From contig CP142735.1 in the NCBI GenBank assembly GCA_036630325.1, forward strand, positions 310,001 to 374,000: DNA of 64,000 nt, read 5' to 3'. This stretch comes from Vairimorpha necatrix (lineage: Eukaryota). The notes below the pieces were generated by a model. The model ran no database searches. It was given only the letters and a program-made list of their open reading frames with translations, and was not told the DNA's origin. The first letter of the stretch is position 1. Every line of letters starts with the position of its first letter. Below, piece after piece: positions 1-11,995 of the stretch. The position numbers were made by a program, and so were the translations under genes.

Positions 1-1014
1 TCTACAATTATATTGTCTTTGTTTATTTCGTTTTTTATATTCTCCACCATAAACATATTTATTCTAAAAATTATGGGTATAAAATATAATTTTTTAAATT
101 TCAACAAGAACAAAGTCACGTAGATAAAATTTTATAATTTAGTTTGTTTAAACATTTCCTTGTACTTCTCAATTCTATTTTTAAAATGTCTTTTTTAGTA
201 GTTCTAGGTTTTCCAGATTCAATGCCTCTTTGGGTGTTAAGTTTGTAGCTCTATGACGAATGTTGTTGTAACTATCATGTAAATTTTCAACTCGTTTTAA
301 TAATCTTATCGTTTTCTCTTGTTTGTTTACGCCTTCGCCCATCGTTCTATTAAAACGTTCTATTCTACAGTTTGAGCAATGATGGTATGGAATAGTTATG
401 CGATGTTTAATCTTTTTTTCTATCATCCAATTTCTTAAATAGTCACTACTATTTTCTTTAGCTGCATCGGAAACAAATGTCTTCGCGTTAAAATTCTTAT
501 TAACTTTTTCCAAGAATATTAATAAATTTGTGATTGTTTTATTTTTAGATACTTTTGCTACAGCGTATCTCGAAAAGTAATCTATTGCTGCAAAGATATA
601 AGAGTTTTCTATTGGACCTATAATGTCGAAAGCCACCTTTTCTCCAGTTTCAAAGCTTCAATGTGTCTATATCTTGTTATTCTTATAGGGTTATATTCTT
701 TACACTTTAGACATTCTTTAATAGTTTCTTTTACTTCTGCTAATTTAATATTTTTATCTGGCCCACTTTTACATAAGTACTCGTAAGCGCCCTTGGCTCC
801 TCTATGGACCAGTTTTTCATGAGCTTTTACTATACTCTCTTTATTAGAAGTCCTATTTATATTATTTATCACTTTGTGTTGGCGTGATAACGCATCAACA
901 TGTGCCAATTCAGTTGGTTTCTTATATTTGATCTCAAAGTCATACATCTGGATCCTTTCTATCCATCTAATGATTCGTGATAATTTAATTTCTCCTTTTT
1001 GGTTAAGGGTTTCT

Positions 1015-1997
1015 GGTTAAAGGGGCCACTTTGGTCAAAAAAATGGTATAAATATTTTTTTTTAAAAAAAGACCCTTTTTTTTTTGGAAAGTCAAAACGG
1101 CAAAAAAAGGAAGAAAAAATAAATTAAATAATATTCGTAAATAAATCACCTTCAAAGTTCCTTCTTAACATATATCTTATCAACGAACCAGTAATCAATG
1201 TTCTAGTTCTGTGTCTTGCCGAAGTCTCATTTTTTAATCCACTCCAATTTCCTTCAATTGTGTTAGTATGACATCTATTAAAATTATTTACAAACTCCAA
1301 TGAATGATTAACAGTTTTGTGTTCAGCAAAATAGTCTTTTAACTTAAAATAAGACTTGAAGCAGTCACTGTGTATAATTGATTCGGAGTGAATATAATTT
1401 TTAATTATTTCTTCTAGTGTTTTGGCTTTCCTATCGTCGACTGGAATCATAACTATCTTTCTTTGGATGGTTCTTTCAACCATCCCAAAACCCCATACAC
1501 CTTCAACCCGATGTCCTCTGTGGTATTTTACTTTACCAAATTTGCTTTCATCTATTTCTACTATTATTCCTGGTCCACCGATTTTACCAGTTCGTTCGTA
1601 TACTTTATTTTCAATTGTAGAAATTGTTTTTTTATGATATGTCGAATACATCTTTTACCAATATCAAGAAATTCTCCTATAGCAGTCTGGTTAACCTTAC
1701 AAGGCCATAATTTTATTATTAACAAAACATCTAAAATATTTGTTTTTTTGTAATAAAATGGAGAGTCTTTTAATAATGACACTTTCCTCAGACATGCTTT
1801 CCAAACACATTTAGTCATTAATTTATTTTTATTACTTACTTTACAGTAAGCATCGCCTTTTGGACACTTTACAGTCTTATTTTGAATTGCTGTTGTAAAG
1901 ATGTTCAAGAGCTCTTCCTCTCGACTTTTCATTTTTGGGGTAAAAAAAACAAATTCGCTTAGATACCATTTTTTTGACCAAAGTGGCCCCCTGATCC
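1015..1997 (-). mobile_element. Merlin/IS1595-like (ISXO2) DNA transposon, frameshifted transposase (ORFs 1564-1932 and 1124-1651)
   Basis: TIR core GGGGCCACTTTGGTCAAAAAAATGGTAT at both ends; 9-bp TSD AGGGTTTCT (1006-1014/1998-2006); motifs VEIDESK, IHSDC, HTNTIEGNW; near-identical to 24087-25063. Confidence 0.95.
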
Positions 1998-3491
1998 AGG
2001 GTTTCTAGCGCTCTGTGATATGTAAAAATCGTAAATTTCCTACCAAATAACCAAGATTTAAAGTGTTCCATCGCCCATAACGAAGCAAGCATTTCTTTCT
2101 CGGTAATAGTATAATTTAATTCTGCATCTCTCAGTTGTCTTGATGCAAATGCTATTGGCCGTTCTATTACATCACGAATTTGACTAAGTATTGCACCTAG
2201 TCCAGTGTTTAACGCATCGGTCGTTAAGATAAAATTAATGATAAATTGGGTTGGTATAAACATAGTTCTGAAGTTATATTTTTTAAGTTCCTTAATTGCC
2301 TGTTCTTGGCTTTCTTCCCACACCAAAGCTGGTAATTTTTCTTTAACAATATTACCAACGGATTACAGATGTCAGCACAATTCATAATAAATTTTCTATA
2401 ATAATTAACAACTCCTAAAATTTCCTGACATCGTCTGCATTCTTTGGTGCTTTGTATTTGCTAATTCCTTCGGTTTTATCTATTATTGGTCTTAATTTAT
2501 GTTGTGAAATTTTATGACCTAAAAATTTAACTTCTTCTTTTAAAATTGTTATTTTATCTTTATTTGCAGAAAATCCTGTTTTTTTTACGCAAATAGCATA
2601 CTTTGGCTAAAACTTTGTTATGTTCTTCGATAGTTTCTGTAAAAACCAAAACATCATCGACATATGCAAAGCATGTCTTACCAATTTCTTCGTTTAAAAC
2701 TTTATCGATAACTCTTTGAAACATTGCCGGCGAATTTTTAAATTTTATTGGCATTCTTACATATTCATATGTTTTATTTTTGATTCTAAAGGCTGTTTTT
2801 TCTCTGTCAGCTTCACGTAGTTTTACCTGAAAAAATGCTTCTTTAAGATCAATTTTAGAAAAATATTTGCTTTTACCTAAGCAATAAATCAATTCTTCTA
2901 CTCTAGGTAACGTATAACTATCTAGTTCCACTATGTTATTAAGTTTAATTAAAATTATAGTTAATCTAACACTACCATCTTTTTTCTCTACAGGTCTCAC
3001 GTTATTCAACCAAGTGGATTTAGACTCCTGAATATAGTTGTTTTTTAACAACCTTTGTATTTCCACTTTTACTTTCCTTTCCCAAGCTTGTAGAATTCTA
3101 TATGGACTTACGACAACCTTTTTTCCTTTTTCGGTTTCAATCCTACATTCGAAATCCTTTATACCTTCTGGATTTCATGCACACAGCTTTTGCATTTCTT
3201 CCTTATAGTTATCAATATCAGATTTTTCAACTTTTGTTGTCTTCGAGACATCCAATTTCTTCCTATGATGATTTTTGCGTCTGTTCTTTTATGTAATATA
3301 TAAAATTTTTCTCTGTACGAATTTCCTTTGTAGTTGAAATCTAACCATGCATATTCTTTATTTTTAAATTCTTTTAATTGACAGGTATATAGACTGATTG
3401 GTTCTTTTAGTTTAAATATCCTCTCTTTAACTTTCTTGGAAATTTTAAGCGTAATGAAACTTAACTCTGAACCAGTATCAAAAATGGTTCT

Positions 3492-5585
3492 TGTGATGTA
3501 CATTGCTACATCACATGAACAGATGTCAAATATGTCATCTGTCACCGATGTCCAACGACATGTCAAGCATTTCAAGTTACATGTCAAGATGAGTCACACA
3601 AACAAACAAACAAACGAAAGTTGGATGGTCGTTACTACATTCGTAAGTACGCCAATGTTTGTAGTTTAGTGTTGACAAGAATCTTTAAATTAAAAATAAA
3701 CTATAAAAGAAAGTCTGTCTGTGAAGGGTATGGAATATATAGAATCCAAGAGAGAGACTAAAACCATCAATAAACATATTTACATTAAAAACTATTTAGA
3801 GAGATATTATAAAAATGGCCATGTACCCCGGATACATGACATAATTGAATTCAATTCCCACAAAGTATCAAAAGGGGACAACAACGCAGTAATTAAAGAA
3901 GCGTTAGAATTTAAGTATACGATCGAAGAGATCGATTTAGAAGTAAAAAAAAACTTAAGTATAATAAAAAACATAAAAGAATATAATGAAATGGAGCTAG
4001 ATACATGGTTTGAGGATTTCAACCAAATCAGCAGAAATAAAAAATGGGATTTTAAAAAAGAAAAAATCTCCTTAGGAGAATTAGTGCGAGATCCCACATT
4101 GCAACAAATATTTGGATTACCAGATTTAGAAAAAATAAGAAGATATATTGAAAAAAATGTAAGTCAAAGATCAAGTCCTGAGATGCTACATTTAAAGCTA
4201 CAGGCATGCAAACAAATTAATTTTAGATACATTAAAGAATATTTGTTTGAAATAAAGAATCTAGTAGATCAGTATGCTAGACTAGAAAACTTAACGAGAA
4301 AAGAATACGAAAGAAAGTTAAGAGAGAGTTTTTCCTTGGGATTAGGTTTTTCCACTCGTCTTAAGATATTAGAGCTTGGAAAAAATAACGTCAAAGAAAC
4401 CATGACGTATTTAGAAACAGTGGAAGAGTGTTTGATTTTTGAAGGAAAAAGGCGTGAAATAACATATGAATCAGTTCATAATGATAGATTCAAGTTTGAG
4501 ACCGAAAAGGACGGTTACAAGAACAATAAATGGTGCCGCCTCCATAAAAACAGTACGCACAATACAGAGGATTGCTTTAGACTAAACAATACCTCAGAGC
4601 AGCTTAAGAAAAATCTAGAAAACATAAAAATGCCGAATATTGTTTCAGAAAAATTATTTACAATTAGAGAAATAAAGAAAAATAACATACCAGAAGAGGT
4701 AGTATTTAATAGAGAAAATAAAGTCGAGAACATTAAAATAAAAAATTCAAGAAGTAACTAATAAAGAAAATTCAAAAGAAGTGAAAACAAAACATGAAAC
4801 ATCGAAAAATGATGAAATAATAGCGAAAACGCTTAGCCATGAGAAACTACAGAATGTAGTTGGAACAAATATATTAAAAGAGAAGGATTTAATTATCAAA
4901 AGAAATACAGATATTGACAAGAAGCTTAACAATCCGATGAAAAATATAGAAAAAGAAAATAAAAAAGATGATAATAAAAGAAATCGAGGTAATAAATTAA
5001 TAAAAATAAAATACCGTGATAAATATAAACAAAAGAAGACATATAAAATAAGAAAGAAAAAAATGAAATATTAGAAAGTATAAACACGAAGAATAAGCAA
5101 AAAATGTTAAGTAGTGTCATAGATAAAGCAATAGTAGACCCGCCGAATATAATATCTAAACATGAAGGGTGGTCAGCAACATGCAACAATGAATGGAGAA
5201 CTTTAAAAAATTTAAAGCTTTAGGAGAGGGCAGAATGTGATGTACATTGCTACATCACATGGACAGATGTCAAATATGTCATCTGTCACCGATGTCCAAC
5301 GACATGTCAAGCATTTCAAGTTACATGTCAAGATGAGTCACACAAACAAACAAACAAACGAAAGTTGGATGGTCGTTACTACATTCGTAAGTACGCCAAT
5401 GTTTGTAGTTTAGTGTTGACAAGAATCTTTAAATTAAAAATAAACTATAAAAGAAAGTCTGTCTGTGAAGGGTATGGAATATATAGAATCCAAGAGAGAG
5501 ACTAAAACCATCAATAAACATATTTACATTAAAAACTATTTAGAGAGATATTATAAAAATAACCATGTACCCCGGATACATGACA
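3492..5585 (+). mobile_element. Non-autonomous gag-only LTR retrotransposon (TR-GAG-like), 350-bp LTRs
   Basis: LTRs 3492-3841 and 5236-5585 (TGTGATG...TGACA, about 3 mismatches by eye); 5-bp TSD GTTCT; PPT AGGAGAGGGCAGAA; no pol domains inside. Confidence 0.93.
3730..4761 (+). CDS. gag: Gag-like protein (capsid-like region plus Cx2Hx4Hx4C knuckle)
   Basis: Open frame starts inside the 5' LTR (first ATG 3730; track start 3721 GTG); WFEDF..ISRNKKW and WCRLHKNSTHNTEDC; similar to the gag at 9556-10300. Confidence 0.75.
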   Translation: MEYIESKRETKTINKHIYIKNYLERYYKNGHVPRIHDIIEFNSHKVSKGDNNAVIKEALEFKYTIEEIDLEVKKNLSIIKNIKEYNEMELDTWFEDFNQISRNKKWDFKKEKISLGELVRDPTLQQIFGLPDLEKIRRYIEKNVSQRSSPEMLHLKLQACKQINFRYIKEYLFEIKNLVDQYARLENLTRKEYERKLRESFSLGLGFSTRLKILELGKNNVKETMTYLETVEECLIFEGKRREITYESVHNDRFKFETEKDGYKNNKWCRLHKNSTHNTEDCFRLNNTSEQLKKNLENIKMPNIVSEKLFTIREIKKNNIPEEVVFNRENKVENIKIKNSRSN

Positions 5586-6296
5586 GTTCTTAATTTAATT
5601 TTTTTATATATACGTAATCATCTTTAATTATTTCTTCAACATTTTCAATATTATTCACTTCTTTTTTAAATTTCCTTTCCATCAAAGATTTATTTGAATT
5701 CTTCCTAAATACGGCTGCGTTTCTTATTTCTTCTAGTCTCTTTACCATTTCTAAAAAGTCATCGTTAATTACGGAAAAACTTACAGTTGCTTTCTCAATT
5801 TCTTCGCGCATCTTACGTAAGCCGAGAAAATTGATCAAAAAATCAATTCCTAGTCCTCAATTATAGTATCGCCTAATTTTTTCATTCTTCTGAAAAATTC
5901 AAAACATTTTTCATCCTTCCTTTGGTGATCTTTGAATAAATCTCTTTTTGATATTTTGTTTTCAAATTTTGTTAACATAAAATCTTTCCAGTCACTATAT
6001 ACTATTTTCCTTTATTTTTTTTTTGTTTTTCGTATTGTAGGTGGGCCTTAAAAATTCCATCATCTGCCTTGTCAAGAATTTTCTCGATTTTGTCTTCATC
6101 GGACAAGGACTTATAAATCTTTTTCCTTTCTAAACATTCAATTTTAGCTTTAATATCTTTACCCGTGATTTGTAGGGTAAACTTAGCTAACAACTTTATA
6201 ATGTCTTCGTTTTCTTTATTCTCCACCATGTTAGACATATCCAAGTTAAGGGGTATTTATTTATAAAATATATCTTTGAATATTTAATTCACAACA

Positions 6297-6461
6297 CAAA
6301 CATTGGCGTACTTGCGAATTTAAAAACGACCATGCAACTTTCGTTTGTTTGTTTGTTTATGCGACTCATCTTGACAGATCGCTTGAGGTGTTCATCGGCC
6401 GATATCTTTGACATCTGATAGTATTGACAGCTGTTTATGTGATGTAGTTATGTACATCACA
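6297..6461 (-). repeat. 5' part of a TGTGATGTACAT-family LTR
   Basis: Reverse complement begins TGTGATGTACATAACTACATCAC and shares AAACAAACGAAAGTTG..GTACGCCAATGTTTG with the LTR at 3492-3841. Confidence 0.8.
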
Positions 6462-6559
6462 GTTTTTATAAGAGTTTATTGATTTTAAATAAAATATTCC
6501 AAAAATAAGAAGGGGAAATAATTAAAAATGTAAAATACATTTTATGAGAGATAGAGGTG

Positions 6560-8285
6560 TTTATGTGGCTGTAATACCACAAAAAGAATTTTAAAGGCTT
6601 TAAACGAACTTGTTGAAGAGATCCGTATGATTTTCTTTTGATTAAGACATTATTAGAGCAACGCAAGAGCCTAAAGGATTTACGGTTATAGACCTAAAAG
6701 ATGGATTCTATCATAAAGAAATTGAAGAATGTTATAAACATAAGATAGCGTTTAAGATAAATGGTAGAATATACGAATGCTCGGCGCTCCTTAAATTCAA
6801 AATCACAGGGGTGTAAAAAATTGAAAAAAACAAGAAACATTTATTCCAACAAGAGTATTCTTGTAAAGTTTCTGCATAAGTATCAGAATTCTTCTCTTTT
6901 AAATATTTAGATCTAAATTGAAACTCGTATGTAAAATTGCCCATTTTACCTTCATTATTCCTCTTCTTGTTTTCAATTCGGTCTTTAAATGACTCCACAG
7001 ATTCTCTATTTTGTTAGTATGTTGTCCATTGTCATTAGTAAAACCAACACAATGTTTAACGACTATATGAACAGATTTGAAATCGCGAACAGCAGAACGA
7101 TACGAAGCAAAACCATCAGTTCTTATTGTAATTCATTCTACTACATACTCCCTAAATAGATCTAACATTATAGGGGCAGTCCTATTAGGAACTATTTTTA
7201 AGAAGCAACTGTTGCTTTCATTTTCTATACCTCCGACTAGCCAAGTCGTCCCAGGGATATCGTCTTCTTTTGCCGTAGGATTCGTAATTATACGACCTCT
7301 ACATATTGCTGTCTCGTCGACTTAAATAGTAATTCCCGGCCCACCTATTTTTACAAAAAATGTATTTATTTCATTTTTAATTTTTCTAGGATAAAGCCCT
7401 TGAAAGAAATGTAGGTGGGCTCGAAGACCTCACATGTTTCTGAGACCATTGTGTTGACTATTTTCATCACCCAGCAATACAACATTCTCAGTTGTATGTG
7501 TGTGGGCATCCTGGACTTCTGTAGATAAGTACCATTTGAATGCTTTTTCGCTTTTTGCAGCCATTTGTACAATAAAAGCAAATTCCTTCCAAGTAGTTTT
7601 TAGATTTTACTTGGTTTTAAAACAACCACAGTCACACTTTATAGTATTTCTGTAGAAGTTTAAAGCCTTTAAGTATTCTATGGCTGCTTCATCTTCAACA
7701 AATATTATGCTGTAGAGATTTCTAACTTGCATTAGGGGTAAAAAATTAAAATTCACAAAATCGCTTTCCTTAAATTCAAAATCATAAGGGCACTTGGCAT
7801 TTTTTTGTAGAATGTTTACAATACATGTTCGTGAATTTTTTTAACCCCTGTGATTTTGAATTTAAGGAGCGCCGAATGCTCTAATATGGTAATTGGATTT
7901 AAAATTCCCTTATATTATGCAAAGAGTGATGAACGGAGGTTTAGATAAGTTTAGAGTCAAAGGTGTGCAGGTGTACATGGATGATATTATTATTCATACA
8001 AGAGATAGTAATATACACAATGATTTATTAAAACAAGTAATTCGGAAAATTAAAGAATGCAAATTAAAAGTAAACTAAAAGAAGATACAATGCAAACTAG
8101 GAGAAGTAAGGTACTTGTAGCAACGATTAACAAAGAAGACATTAAATTATACGAAATTAAAATGCAAGCTAGATTAGAATACAGAAGGCCTAATAACATA
8201 AAAGAGTTATAGAGATTTTTGGAGTTGGCAGGGTTGTTTTGAGATTTAATTCCCATTATGCTTATCAGACAGCAAGAATTACAGA
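6560..8285 (+). pseudogene. Degraded Gypsy reverse-transcriptase fragment, split by Merlin 6783-7873
   Basis: LNELVEEIR/FTVIDLKDGFY before the insertion; KGVQVYMDDIIIH (7893-8078) and RFLELAG after it. Confidence 0.75.
6783..7873 (-). mobile_element. Merlin/IS1595-like transposon, degraded
   Basis: TIR GGCGCTCCTTAAATTCAAAATCACAGGGGT; 8-bp TSD GAATGCTC; DETAICRGRII and TDGFASY remnants on the minus strand. Confidence 0.9.
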
Positions 8286-8318
8286 TTTTTTTTCTTGCAA
8301 GTAAGAGGTAGGGAGAAA
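8286..8318 (-). repeat. 3' end and poly(A) of a second copy of the SINE at 27007-27798
   Basis: T8-CTTGCAAGTAAGAGGTAGGGAGAAA, identical to the SINE tail at ~27009-27041; ends just before the Merlin end at 8321. Confidence 0.75.
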
Positions 8319-8428
8319 CCGGTGCTTCTCCGCTTTGCAGCCCCCAAAAAAATGGAACAGCAAAAATAAAAAAAAATATTTTTAATAAAATCAATTAGAA
8401 CATCCATTTCCTCATTCTTCAATACATT

Positions 8429-8791
8429 TGTGGTGCGAGCTGCCTTCCTGGCCGCTCAGCTTGTTTAAATAATTTACTTTAGTATAATTTTTATTGACTC
8501 TTGTTCTTTTCATAACTCGGTGAAGGGTTAGAAATTCATCCTTTTATGTAATATTATTAATAAATGTCAAGCATGTCAATTATTGGAGGGAAAGCTGGTC
8601 TCTTGTACAGCTTTCCATATTCTGACATTATTCACTAGATTAGACATTTTCTTATTTGTCATTTGTTTGTTGGCGACGACGCATTTGTTTACATCTATGA
8701 CTCGGCCGTAATTGAGATATGACAGCCGAGGGGTTCGAGTGTTAGAGTCTCACTGGGCTTGTCTTGGGGGCAGGAAGGATGTCGTGTGACA
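8429..8791. repeat. Solo LTR (same family as 49991-50348)
   Basis: TGTGG...GTGTGACA with 5-bp TSD ACATT; both copies end GGAAGGATGTCGTGTGACA. Confidence 0.85.
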
Positions 8792-9328
8792 ACATTATTT
8801 AAAATTTTTTTTCTAAAAGTAAATTCTTCGAGCCAAGATTCGATATTCACACGTTTTACTCCACGCTGTTTAGTCATTTCAGATTTCATACCAGACCAAA
8901 AATTCTCAATATTATTAGTTGAAAACCTTCTTCATTAGTAAATCTATTGAATGATTTACAATAATATGTTTGAGTTTTAGATTCGCTGCTACGCCGGGAT
9001 AACTAGGATGGCCATCCGAAATAAGAACTATCTCGGTAAGACTATATCTCCTTATATCTTTGTTAAAGTATTTATCTTTCGATCCGGAACTTGTACTATA
9101 CAAAAAAAATTTCTATCTACAGCTTCTATTAACCCCAAAATCCATACAGTATCTTTAATTCCATCATCTATTCTAGATGGAACTCTAATAGTTCCTCTTC
9201 TACACAGTACAGTTTCATTAACTTGAACTCCCGATTCACCTATTTTGCAATCGGTTTCCAATTTCTTTCTAATATATTCCCTCAATTTAAGCTTTATTTT
9301 AAAAATAGTGTCATTTGACACACACGTT

Positions 9329-11995
9329 TGTTATGTAAACATAACATAACATGATTTTATTTTCTTTTATTATTGGTTCATTCTGAAACAGGATCAATCT
9401 GTTTCTCCTAATTAAATGTTTCTTTCAAAAGGAGAAACTCTTTAAAACTATATAAAGAAAAAATATCTAAATAAAGATGTTACCATCTAAAAATATTCCA
9501 ATTTCACTCATAAGTATTATTAAAAATACAATAAATTGCCACCTTTTCTAGTATTTTGAATTCAAAGCAAGGATCCACGGGCAAACTAAAAGAAAACATA
9601 AATAGAGACGATTACATCGAATTTGAGATAAAAGTACCAGGACTCAAAGCAGCTCCCATAAAACGAATTAAGAAGATACAGAAAATTAGAAGAATTAACA
9701 TCAAAGACTGGATAGAAGACTTCAACGGGATATCAAAAAGCCTGAACCTGACGACTGAAGAGCAAAAGATCGTTCTAAACGAAGTTATCCTAGACCCTAT
9801 TTGAGAGAAGGGTTAGATAAAAAACTTTACAGAAATAGCTAAATATTTAAAGGCGAAGATTAGTGGTAAGATGAATTCTGCTGAATTCATTCACAATCTT
9901 AAATATGTACGCCAAATACAATACGAGAACATATTAGAATTTTATGAAACTATTAAAACAAACTTGGATCAGTATGCCAATATCGAAGATCTCGAGAAGG
10001 AGGAATTTAACAGGCGTCTGCGAGAAATATTCTTTGACTCGCTTGCCTTAAATACTGCAACAAAACTAAAGGATTTAAAAATATACGATGTTGAAGAAGC
10101 TATGGAGTATCTTATAGACCTAGAAGAGGATCTAAAGAAGAGACTTACTACCATACAATGCTCAAAAATCAACAAACAGACAAAAAGAACCTTACAAAAA
10201 ACCGCAATACACGAAGAAAAACAAGAAGTAGAGAGAAAGAAATTATGGTGTTTCTATTGTCTAAGTACCACTCATAGCTTTGCAAAGTGTTGGTTTAAGG
10301 ATAAAAATAAAAAGAAAAACAACGATCAAACAGCAAAACAAAACAAAGAAAGAAATTACCTCATCAAAGAAGACCCTGTAACAGACCTAGAGTTACTAAT
10401 AGAAGGAAGGGTTAATGAAATTAAGACCAAAATGGCGATAGATACAGGCTCATCTAGGAACTATATTTCAAAAGAGCTTGCCAACAAAGCTTATCTTGAA
10501 ATTAGAGAAGACAGGCCATTAACAGTCACCGTAGCTAATTATCAAAAGATAAAAATAGACAGGACGACAGAAATATTAGTTAAATTCAACAATAACGAGG
10601 GAGTCTTAAAATGAAATGTTATGTATTAAAGAACGCTTCACAAGACGTCATTATCGGAAATGAATTTCTATTGAATCAGAATTACAAACTAGATCTATCA
10701 AGAAGAATTATATATATATTGGAAACAAAGCTATAGAGATAGGAAAAGAATGACTTCAAGATCCCATTGACAATTTGTTTTTTGAATCGATATTACATAT
10801 GAAAGAATCCGCAGAGGATGAATTGAATAAAATTTGACTGATTATTAAAATATTAACAATAAATTTAAAGAAATAAATGTGAAACCAATTAAATTTAAAA
10901 TTAAAGATCACATTGATGATTATAAAAATAAAGCTTATCCGATTTTCCATAAGTACTGCGAGGGGACAAGATTGGAAATAGAAAGATTGCTAAAAGAAGG
11001 CATAATAAAAAAGGACAACACAGAAAGATTTAGTCCTGCATTCCTAATTAAAAAAAACTGGTGAATTAAGGCTAGTTATAGATTACCGTGAGTTAAACAA
11101 GGTTATCATAGATGAACCGTTCATAATACCACGGATATTTGAAAACCTACAGTTGATGGGTAATGGTAAATATTTCACCCAAATAGACCTAAAGAATGGG
11201 TTCAATCAAGTACCCATCGATACAGAAAGCAGTAGGTTAACAGGATTTATGTTATTTAACCAAATATACACTTATAATAGGATTCCGTTTGGAATAAAAT
11301 CAGGACCAAAGATATTTCAAAAATGTGTAAATGACATACTTATTACAGCTAAAAACTGTTTGGTGCATATCGACGATATTATAGTGTTTAGAGAGACTTT
11401 AGAAGAACACGATAAAAACGTCATAAGAGTCTTAGAATTATTAAAACAGAACACAGTAAGAATAAATTTTGAGAAATCAGTATTCCGACAGGTCGAGATT
11501 AAACTATTAGGATATATTATAAACAAAGAAGGAATAAAACTTGATAAGAAATATCTTGCAAACGCGGCATTTTCAAGAGATATTAAAACTAAAAAAGATG
11601 TACAAAAGTTATTTGGAATCTTAAATTGGTATAGAAGATTCATTAAAAGATGAGCGAACGAAGTAAAAAGATCTCGGATCTACTTCGACAAGACAAATTT
11701 GAATATACAGAAGATATTAAAGAAACAGTAGATAGCATTAAACACTAGGCTTTGTAGAGGCAGAATGTTATGTAAACATAACATAACATGATTTTATTTT
11801 CTTTTATTTTTGGTTTATTCTGAAACAGGATCAATCTGTTCTCCCAATTAAATGTTTCTATCAAAAGAAGAAACTCCTTTAAAACTATATAAAGAAAAAA
11901 TATCTAAATAAATATTTATTTTACCATCTAAAAATATTCCAACTTCACTCATAGAGTATTATTTAAAATACAATAAATTGCCACCTTTTCTGGCA
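9329..11995 (+). mobile_element. Internally deleted Gypsy LTR element (gag-PR-RT; no RNase H or integrase)
   Basis: LTRs 9329-9553 and 11766-11995; TSD ACGTT; PPT AGAGGCAGAA; gag 9556-10300 with CFYCLSTTHSFAKC, protease AIDTGS, RT HIDD (11153-11653). Confidence 0.92.

Larger units (their letters stand above)
1..6296 (-). mobile_element. Degraded Ty3/Gypsy LTR retrotransposon (gag-PR-RT-RH-IN); 3' end runs off the window; interrupted by Merlin 1015-1997 and gag-only LTR element 3492-5585
   Basis: Minus-strand fragments in Gypsy order: gag 6002-6244/5590-5838, protease IFDTGS (3159-3490), RT YVDD (2560-3066), RNase H TDA..GLGA..EKE (1877-2326), integrase H..C..C and DIIGP..ERFNRT (181-947). 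PBS-like TGGTGGAGA follows LTR end ..TCTAACA at 6229; the 5' LTR boundary (6296 vs 6461) is uncertain. Confidence 0.88.
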
